A stretch of 64,000 bases of DNA from Bacteroidota bacterium (GTDB lineage: Bacteria > Bacteroidota > Bacteroidia > JADZBD01): contig JBFLYZ010000015.1 of the NCBI GenBank assembly GCA_040756415.1, positions 87 to 64,086 on the forward strand. The letters are read 5' to 3'. The position numbers and the translations under genes are program-made. Below, one piece after another: positions 1 to 7,046 of the stretch (position 1 is the stretch's first letter; each line of letters opens with the position of its first letter). The notes beneath the pieces were generated by a model. It did not search any database and had not been told where the DNA came from. It saw nothing but the letters and a program-made list of their open reading frames with translations.

Positions 1-690
1 CATGCTGCTTCCGCGGCCCTGGGGGTTTACGCGCATGCTGCTCTCGCCCCTGCGGTTACGTCTGCCGTCACCCGAGGTGGAATAGCTGCCCGAACGCGAA
101 AGGTTCATTCCGCTGCCGCGCCTGCTACGCCTGCTATCGGTCTGGCCTCCGAGGTAACGGCCGCTGTAATCCTCATCATAATCGCTGTCATAGGCGCTTT
201 CATAGTCCTCGTTGCGGTCGTAGTCGGAAGATCCGTAAACATCGGTATCGTAATCCTCGTCCTCGTATTGCCCGCGCATGCCGCCTTCGAACTCGTCATC
301 ACCGTAACGGCTGTAGCCGCCTTCGCTGCCCTGGTAGCGGCTGTAGCTGCCACCGCCACCCTGGCCGTAGCGGCCGGTCCGTCTTCCTCCGCCATAGCTG
401 CCCACGCGAGAATATCCGCCTTCGTATTCCGGGCCTTCGCCATAGCCTGTGTAACCCTGTTCGCCTTCATACTCGTTGTATGCGCCCTGGCCGCCTTCAT
501 AGCCTCTCTGCCTGTTCTGGTAGCGGTTGTAGCTTCCGGGATAATCCTGGCTGCTCTGGCGGTTGTAGTCGCTGGTCTCGTAATCGTTGTAATCTTCGTA
601 GTTGTCGTAATCCGAACCGTAGCCGGAGTAGTTCCTGTTGCTGCCGTACTCATTGCGGCCGCGGCTTCTTCTTGGATTTCTGCTTCTCAT
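1..690 (-). CDS. Partial (runs off the window) Gly/Ser/Tyr/Arg/Asp-rich low-complexity protein, prion-like/hydrophilin
   Basis: My translation from ATG at 690: MRSRNPRRSRGRNEYGSNRNYSGYGSDYDNYEDY...GYEGGQGAYNEYEGEQGY...GSYGGGRRTGRYGQGGGGSYSRY..., open to position 1. It has an A-rich leader and the same style as the upstream gene. Absent from the ORF track because no stop lies in the window. Confidence 0.8.
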   Translation of the reverse strand, partial: MRSRNPRRSRGRNEYGSNRNYSGYGSDYDNYEDYNDYETSDYNRQSSQDYPGSYNRYQNRQRGYEGGQGAYNEYEGEQGYTGYGEGPEYEGGYSRVGSYGGGRRTGRYGQGGGGSYSRYQGSEGGYSRYGDDEFEGGMRGQYEDEDYDTDVYGSSDYDRNEDYESAYDSDYDEDYSGRYLGGQTDSRRSRRGSGMNLSRSGSYSTSGDGRRNRRGESSMRVNPQGRGSSM

Positions 691-740
691 AGGTGTTGTT
701 TTTAAGGGATTAGTTTTTAAGATTTTTTCATTGAAAAAGG

Positions 741-1415
741 CTAACGGCTGCTCCGGCTGCTGGATGCCCTTGAACGGCTTCTGCCCTGCGTGCGGCCCTG
801 CCCGGAGCGGGAACGCATGTTTATTCCCGAACGGGAGCGCGTACTGGTGCTGCCACCGGTGCGGTTACGCCTGCCCGTGGCAGTGCCCCGCGGTGAACTT
901 CTCCTGGATGAGGTGGAAGCGCCTCTGCGGCTGGCGCCTGCGCGCGATGCGCGGCCTCCCATCGAGGCGATGCGCCTTACCTCTGAGCGCGACATGGTAG
1001 CGAAACCCCTCCTGCCACCACGGGTGCCGCGGCCCCTGCGGCTTCCGGCAGAATAGCTGCGCTGGTACCTGCCTTCCCGGTCCTCATCACGTTCATATTC
1101 GCGATCGTAATTATCATAGCCGTCATAATCCTCATCGGATTCAGCGCTGTACCTTCTGCGACCGTAATCATCCTCCTCATGGTAGCGTCCGTATCCTTCT
1201 TCTTCCTCATCGTACCTTCCGTAACCGCCATAGCTGCCCGAATCCTCGTAATCGTAGTCGTCCTTACGCTCGTCCTGGTAGTCATCGTCATGGTAATACT
1301 CGTAGTCGTCATTGTAGCGTGAACGGCCTCTGCCGCCTTCGCGCTCGCTAAAGCGCCCGCTGGAATCTCTTCTCCTTCTCTGTGGATGAGATCCCCGTGA
1401 ACTGGAATGTCTCAT
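741..1415 (-). CDS. Disordered stress protein with KGG-type (GsiB/YciG/Con-10-like) motif
   Basis: RRGFATMSRSEVRRIASMGGRAS matches the KGG stress-repeat pattern. An acidic Tyr-rich block is followed by an Arg/Ser-rich block. Confidence 0.8.
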   Translation of the reverse strand: MRHSSSRGSHPQRRRRDSSGRFSEREGGRGRSRYNDDYEYYHDDDYQDERKDDYDYEDSGSYGGYGRYDEEEEGYGRYHEEDDYGRRRYSAESDEDYDGYDNYDREYERDEDREGRYQRSYSAGSRRGRGTRGGRRGFATMSRSEVRRIASMGGRASRAGASRRGASTSSRRSSPRGTATGRRNRTGGSTSTRSRSGINMRSRSGQGRTQGRSRSRASSSRSSR

Positions 1416-1458
1416 AGTGTTGTGGATTTATAGGTTTATAAATGAACGCAAACAAAAG

Positions 1459-1473
1459 GCAAACGCCATGCCA
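1459..1473 (-). promoter_or_regulatory. Putative sigma54 -24/-12 promoter
   Basis: TGGCATGGCGTTTGC = GG-N10-GC, ~45 bp upstream of the KGG gene start. Confidence 0.7.
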
Positions 1474-1741
1474 GCGGTAATTTAACAGCCATACCTGAAA
1501 AAACGGTTGGAAGTGGCGTGAATATAATTCCCCACAGTGCGGGAAGGCGGGGATTGTTTTTCCGGTTTGTTTTTCCATGCGGATTTTTTCCATGTGCTCG
1601 GCACGACCAGCCGGCCGGGCTGCAGGAGCGCTTCTATTGCAGCATCGGCCAGGTAAACGGAGAAAATAATGCCCGCCCGGTGTAATAAGCATCAATGACA
1701 ATGAGCACCGCGCAACTGAGCATGGCGTAAAGGAACAGGGT

Positions 1742-3160
1742 TCAGCTATTGCTGAGCATATTGAAGGCGCGCATTTTATTGTAAAGCGTCTTGCGATCGA
1801 TATTGAGCAGGTTGGCAGCGGCCGATTTATTGAAGTTCACCTTTCTCAGCACTTCCAGTATCTTCTCATATTCTGCATTCAGGGCGGCCGATTTCAGCTC
1901 GGGCAGGCGCCTGCCTTCCGGTTTTTCATCGTGCAGGTTGAATTTCGACTGAAAGACCATTTCCTGGGGCAGCGTCTCGAGCGTGACCAGGTTCTTGTTG
2001 CACAGCAGGGCGGCACGCTTGATGACGTTGTTCATCTCACGCAGGTTGCCGGGCCAATTATGTTCCAGGAATATCTTCTGTACCTCGGGCGAGAAACCTT
2101 CTATGGTCTTGCCCAGGTCGTTGTTGGCGCACTGCAGGAAAAAATCGGCAAAGATCAGGATGTCATCGCTTCGTTCGCGCAGGGCGGGAAGGTCGATGGA
2201 GAATTCATTGAAGCGGTGATACAGGTCTTCCCTGAACTCGCCTTTGCAGGTAGCCTCGTTGAGCTTCTTATTGGATGCAACCAGGATGCGGATGTCTACG
2301 TTTATTTCCTTCGATGAGCCCAGCCTGCGGATCTTTCTTTCCTGGATCACGCGCAGGAGCGATACCTGGATGTCGTAAGGCAGGTTGGTGATCTCATCCA
2401 GGAAGATGGTGCCGTGGTTGGCCAGCTCGAACTGCCCTACCTTCGATTGGAGGGCCCCGGTAAAGGCGCCTTTTTCATGACCGAACAGCTCGCTGCCCGC
2501 CAGCTCTTTGGTGAGCGCACCGCAATCGACCGCTATGAAGGGCATGTTTCGCCTGGGACTGGCCGCGTGTATGCTATAGGCGACCGATTCCTTTCCCGTC
2601 CCGCTCTCGCCATAAATGATAACGGAATAATTGGTAGAGGCAACCAGCTTGATCTGGCCTTGCAGCTTGCGGGCCTCCTTGCTCTTGCCTACAATGTAAA
2701 CGCGGTTGTTATTGGTCCTGCGTATCTGCTCCTCAGCAACAGCGAACTCGCGCATGGGATCGGCTGAGGGTTCATGTGAAGTACCTTCGGCCGACAGGGT
2801 TCTGTTCTGCAGCGTTTGTTCCACCAGCATCATGATCTCTTCAGGCAGCAGCGGCTTGGTAATATAGTCAATGGCGCCCATCTTGATCACATCTACGGCT
2901 ATTTTCACATTGGAATACCCCGTAATGATAATGACCGGCACGTTCGGCCGCACCTCTTTGATCTTCCGCAGCATTTTCTTTCCGTCCGTATCCGGGAGCC
3001 GGAAATCGCAGAAAATAATGTCGGGAGTATTTTCTTTGAGGTATTCGAGCGCCACCTTGCCTTTTGTAAAGAAGGTGGAGTCGTGCCCTTTTCGCTGGAA
3101 CAGCCTGTCGAGGAGCTGACAGATGTCCATATCATCATCAATAATAAGGAGTTTGGCCAT
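1742..3160 (-). CDS. NtrC-family sigma54-dependent response regulator (REC-AAA+-Fis HTH)
   Basis: Receiver domain (IIDDD...CDFRLPD), GESGTGKE Walker A, GAFTGA loop, FLDEI Walker B, WPGNLRE, C-terminal HTH. Confidence 0.97.
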   Translation of the reverse strand: MAKLLIIDDDMDICQLLDRLFQRKGHDSTFFTKGKVALEYLKENTPDIIFCDFRLPDTDGKKMLRKIKEVRPNVPVIIITGYSNVKIAVDVIKMGAIDYITKPLLPEEIMMLVEQTLQNRTLSAEGTSHEPSADPMREFAVAEEQIRRTNNNRVYIVGKSKEARKLQGQIKLVASTNYSVIIYGESGTGKESVAYSIHAASPRRNMPFIAVDCGALTKELAGSELFGHEKGAFTGALQSKVGQFELANHGTIFLDEITNLPYDIQVSLLRVIQERKIRRLGSSKEINVDIRILVASNKKLNEATCKGEFREDLYHRFNEFSIDLPALRERSDDILIFADFFLQCANNDLGKTIEGFSPEVQKIFLEHNWPGNLREMNNVIKRAALLCNKNLVTLETLPQEMVFQSKFNLHDEKPEGRRLPELKSAALNAEYEKILEVLRKVNFNKSAAANLLNIDRKTLYNKMRAFNMLSNS

Positions 3161-3351
3161 ACGTTTTCGTTCACTTAGAAGCGATCAGCCTGTTTTTGCC
3201 CGTTTTGGAGCGGCTGACCCGGATTCGGTGTAGCGAATTTATGCCAAGCCCCTGCCTCCCTGCCTTATATTCGGTAAGACCGAACTTTCAATAGCCCAAA
3301 AACCCTAATTCATGGGTTTGGTACGGGACCGCTAAAGTCCCGCGACAACTA

Positions 3352-5100
3352 TTACCGCGTTCTGTCCCTTTTTTTGCGCTTGGCCTGGGGAACCCTGGCC
3401 CCTTTTTCTCGCGCTTCCGATAAGCCGATGGCGATGGCTTGCTTACGGCTGGTCACTTTGCCTCCTTTGCCTCCTTTGCCGCTTCGCAGGGTACCTCTCT
3501 TTCTCCTGCGCATAGCGCTTTCTACCATTTCCTGGCTTTTTTTTGAATACTTTGCCATATCTGTTCCGGTTTTGGTCAGGTTATCGGTATCATCGTACTG
3601 CTTTAACGGGTTTACTGCCGGGCCGTTGACCACTTCTCCCATTGCGGTAAAGCGCGAGCCGTGGCAGGGGCAGTCCCATGACTTTTCGCTATCGTTCCAT
3701 TGCACTACGCAGCCCAGGTGCGTGCAGGCGGCCTCGAAGGCGTGCAAACGGTTGTGCTCATCCTTGTACACGGCTATCTTTTTCAATCCCTTGCGCATGA
3801 CTATGCCTTTCTCCGGCATCAGTTTATCCAGGCTTTCGCCCGGGGTGATCCAGTCGAAATACTGTGCGGTCATGTTCAGCATTTCCCGGATGCGCGTGCC
3901 TGCTGCCAGGGGAGAGTGCCTGTTTGGATCATATATCTTTTCCCACTCGTTATTTCTTCCCATGATCAGGTCGGTGATGAGCATGCCACCCAGCGTGCCA
4001 TGCGTTATCCCGTTGCCGGAATCACCGGTTATCACGTAAACGTTCTTTTGCTTGCGGGGGTTATGCCCTATGTAGGCCAGTCCATCGTCAGGTTCCATGA
4101 CCTGTCCCGACCATTTGTAACAGACCTCCCCGACAGGAAAGCGCTCACGGACCCATTCCTCGAGCCGGTTGAAACGTTTGTGTGGGTCGCCTTCCTGGCC
4201 GGTCTTATGATCTTCACCGCCCACGGTCAGGTAATCGTGCTGCCCGTTGCCGCGCGGGTCGATACGGATATAATGGTATGGGTGGCCCGTGTCCCAGTAT
4301 AAGGCATCCTCCACAACACCTTTTGCGATGGCAAAGCTGATCGCGTAGGTACGGTAGGCGGCCATGCGGGTATGCAGGGCAAATAGATTGTTCACGGGCG
4401 AATTGGTGGCAATTACCACCGACCCGCACTTGACATGATAGTTCTTTGTTTTCACCAGCACCTGCTCTTTCTCCTCTAGCGAGATCATGGGGCTGCGCTC
4501 GAATATTTTTCCTCCTTTCGATGTTATGGCGTTGGCCAGTCCGGCATAGTAGCGCACCGGCTGGAATTTTCCCTGGTTCCGCACGTGTATGCATTTTCCG
4601 GTATCGAAGCTGGAGATGGGCGCCCGCTGGAGCAATTCAGGTTCCTGCAGGCAGGTATCCTTCATAGCATTCAGTTCCCGTTCCAGCTCGTCATCTGGCC
4701 GGCCCTCCTGCGCGAAGAGGTATCCGCTCAGCCGTTTGAAGCCGCATTCTATGCCTTCGCTCCTGGCGGTACGCTCAATGAAGTCAATGGCCTCCGTATG
4801 ACTTTTCGCGGCAAGCGATGCGCCTTTTTTCCCGTGATACCGCGCCAGTTGATAGTAACGGTCATCCAGCACGTTCACGATATGGGCCGTGGTGTATGAG
4901 CTTTCTCCGCCTGCAACGGTGCCTTTTTCGAGCACGATCACCGACAGGCCTTCCTGCAGCAGGCAATAGGCGGTGGTCAGCCCTGCGATCCCTGCTCCCA
5001 CCACGCATACATCGCATTTCATGTCCATGCTAAGCGGGGAGTAGGAGGGAATGCTTACTCCTTCCTGCCACAGCGATTGAGTGACTTCTTTTTTTCTCAT
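3352..5100 (-). CDS. FAD-dependent oxidoreductase with Rieske [2Fe-2S] domain (YhfW-like), plus C-terminal DUF6496-like basic extension
   Basis: GAGIAG FAD-binding motif; CTHLGC...WDCPCHGSRF Rieske motif; tail MAKYSKKSQ...GTLRSGKGG..VTSRKQAIAIGLSEAR. Confidence 0.9.
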   Translation of the reverse strand: MRKKEVTQSLWQEGVSIPSYSPLSMDMKCDVCVVGAGIAGLTTAYCLLQEGLSVIVLEKGTVAGGESSYTTAHIVNVLDDRYYQLARYHGKKGASLAAKSHTEAIDFIERTARSEGIECGFKRLSGYLFAQEGRPDDELERELNAMKDTCLQEPELLQRAPISSFDTGKCIHVRNQGKFQPVRYYAGLANAITSKGGKIFERSPMISLEEKEQVLVKTKNYHVKCGSVVIATNSPVNNLFALHTRMAAYRTYAISFAIAKGVVEDALYWDTGHPYHYIRIDPRGNGQHDYLTVGGEDHKTGQEGDPHKRFNRLEEWVRERFPVGEVCYKWSGQVMEPDDGLAYIGHNPRKQKNVYVITGDSGNGITHGTLGGMLITDLIMGRNNEWEKIYDPNRHSPLAAGTRIREMLNMTAQYFDWITPGESLDKLMPEKGIVMRKGLKKIAVYKDEHNRLHAFEAACTHLGCVVQWNDSEKSWDCPCHGSRFTAMGEVVNGPAVNPLKQYDDTDNLTKTGTDMAKYSKKSQEMVESAMRRRKRGTLRSGKGGKGGKVTSRKQAIAIGLSEAREKGARVPQAKRKKRDRTR

Positions 5101-5125
5101 AGTAACGATAAATATTTTCCGGTAT

Positions 5126-5140
5126 GCTAATCATGTGCCA
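5126..5140 (-). promoter_or_regulatory. Putative sigma54 promoter
   Basis: TGGCACATGATTAGC = GG-N10-GC, 25 bp upstream of the oxidoreductase ATG. Confidence 0.65.
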
Positions 5141-5344
5141 GAATGTTCCGGGAATGGCTGCCCTGCGCCAGGTGTGTTACGGTCAGGTGCCGGCTTCTCA
5201 CTCTGTGCAATTAAATACACATCCGGCCGCGAATTTGATTCCAACAATCGTTTGAATGCTAATCATTTGACCGGCACGCGCAAAGCGGCATGATTGTTTA
5301 GTAGTTGATGCAAGCCCCAAACAATTAACCTAAAATCTTAAATC

Positions 5345-5518
5345 ATGAAAAAATCAGGATCAAAATCAAGAACAAGGGCCTCATCATCTTCGCGTAAGTC
5401 GAGGACCGGAGAGGGCAGCCGCACGAGCTCATCGCGTACTTCTGTGCGTTCTCGCTCCGGCTCAGGGACCCGCAGCCGCACGCGCAGGCTGGGTATCTTC
5501 AGCCGTAATGAGGATTAG
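5345..5518 (+). CDS. 57-aa Ser/Arg-rich basic small protein
   Basis: MKKSGSKSRTRASSSSRKSRTGEGSRTSSSRTSVRSRSGSGTRSRTRRLGIFSRNED*; A-rich leader (CTAAAATCTTAAATC-ATG); below the ORF-track length cutoff. Confidence 0.65.
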   Translation: MKKSGSKSRTRASSSSRKSRTGEGSRTSSSRTSVRSRSGSGTRSRTRRLGIFSRNED

Positions 5519-5554
5519 AGAATCAGGGAAAATTAACCACATAAAAACAGGCGC

Positions 5555-6034
5555 ATGAAAAACCAGAATAATAATAAAAAGAACCAGCCCGCTGAGAATA
5601 ACCAGGAGGGCACCGAGAACAAGCAGCCCACCGGCCCGTTCGGTCAAAAGAACAAAGGCCAGGGCGGAACTACAACCGAGGAAAACAGGAAAAGGACCCG
5701 TATTCAGAAGCAGGCGCCTTCGCTGAACCAGCCCCAGGGCAAGAACCAGCCCCAGGGCAAGCAGCAGAACAACCCGCAGGGCCAGGACCAGCAAAACCAA
5801 GACCAGCAGCAAAAGCAAACGCCCAACGCGCAGGACCGGAACCGCGAGGATGAGTCGGATGTAGACATACAGGACCAGAACTACGAAACCACTGAAAAGC
5901 AGGATGAGGATGCGAAGAATGAGGAAAACGATGAGATGGATTCGGAAAAGAAGAAGTACAATCCCGACAAGACGGACCCGGATCAGGACAATGATCCTAC
6001 TATAAACGAATCGAACGATAAGACAACCGGATAG
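5555..6034 (+). CDS. Gln/Asn/Asp/Glu-rich hydrophilic disordered protein
   Basis: 159 aa with almost no hydrophobic residues and NQPQGK repeats; followed by a terminator. Confidence 0.75.
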   Translation: MKNQNNNKKNQPAENNQEGTENKQPTGPFGQKNKGQGGTTTEENRKRTRIQKQAPSLNQPQGKNQPQGKQQNNPQGQDQQNQDQQQKQTPNAQDRNREDESDVDIQDQNYETTEKQDEDAKNEENDEMDSEKKKYNPDKTDPDQDNDPTINESNDKTTG

Positions 6035-6062
6035 GAATAAGCGATTATTCCTTTACGGATGT

Positions 6063-6105
6063 AAACGGAAAGCGCCCCCTCTGAACAAGGGGGTTTTCCG
6101 TTTTC
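6063..6105. terminator. Probable bidirectional intrinsic terminator
   Basis: AAACGGAAAGCGCCCCCT-loop-AGGGGGTTTTCCGTTTT hairpin between convergent genes. Confidence 0.65.
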
Positions 6106-6155
6106 AAAGACTCTGATCTTCACAGGCGCATTCACATGCGCAGCAAGCAGGCAGA

Positions 6156-7037
6156 TCAGGCGAGTTTCCCGGGGATCTCTTCCTTTTTGGGAATGATAAA
6201 GCGTCTTTCCTTGATCAGGTATCCGTCACCGCGGGCGAGTACATGCACCCGCAGGTTTTCCACGCACAGGGGTGTGTACTCTTCGGCATAGGTAATATTG
6301 GTGTGCCCCATTTTCTTGCCGTCAATGATGATGACCATGCCGGAGCCGCGGCACTCGGCCTTATTGCCTTTTGTGATAATGAGCGCGGTGTCCTCACCCA
6401 ACCCGATACCGGTGCAGGTAGGGTTCATGATGATGGCTTGTGCCAGGCGGCCGAACCGGCCCCGTTTCACGAAATGCGTGTCGATGATGCAATTGTCGAT
6501 CAGCCCGAAGCCCGATGTGATCTTCACATCGCCTTTGAGCATGGCCTCGTGGCTCTGGCCGGAATAGATCATGAGCTTCGACATAACCATGGCGCCTGCG
6601 CTGGTGCCCGCCACGATAAAATCCTTGTCTTCGCGGTACCTGCGCATGATGGTTGCGATAATATCGGTTCCGCCCAGGATGGTGGTGAGGCGGAACTGGT
6701 CGCCACCGGTGAAAAGCACCACGTGTGTTTTCTCTATGCGTTTGATATAAGCGGGATCGCTTGCCTCTTCTTTGCTTTGTATGCTGATGTGATGTATGTT
6801 CTGGAAACCGATCTTCCTGAAAGCGTTGATATACGCTCGGCTCATTTCTTCGGGCTCAGCGGTGGCGGTAGTGATGATCTCGATGCGATGCTCTTTGCTT
6901 TTTTCAGGAGGTAGCAGCTCCCCGAGGATCTCGTAATGCTTGAAGTTCTTATTCTTTCCCTTAATATCGGGCACCCTGTAGCCTTCGCCCCAGTCTTCCG
7001 CCCCGCCAATGATAAGCAGTCTGCCCTTTGGTCTCAT
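6156..7037 (-). CDS. cphB: Cyanophycinase
   Basis: IIGGAED, FTGGDQ, GTSAGA catalytic Ser, IDTHF..RGRFGRL, GLGEDT; directly downstream of cphA. Confidence 0.95.
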   Translation of the reverse strand: MRPKGRLLIIGGAEDWGEGYRVPDIKGKNKNFKHYEILGELLPPEKSKEHRIEIITTATAEPEEMSRAYINAFRKIGFQNIHHISIQSKEEASDPAYIKRIEKTHVVLFTGGDQFRLTTILGGTDIIATIMRRYREDKDFIVAGTSAGAMVMSKLMIYSGQSHEAMLKGDVKITSGFGLIDNCIIDTHFVKRGRFGRLAQAIIMNPTCTGIGLGEDTALIITKGNKAECRGSGMVIIIDGKKMGHTNITYAEEYTPLCVENLRVHVLARGDGYLIKERRFIIPKKEEIPGKLA

Positions 7038-7046
7038 ACGCGTGTT

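Noticed and set aside
105-705. ORF-track calls 105..653(-) Thr/Ala-rich and 268..705(+) hydrophobic
   Set aside because: They are alternative-frame and antisense shadows of the low-complexity gene at 1-690(-), which has a proper leader and matches its neighbour in style.
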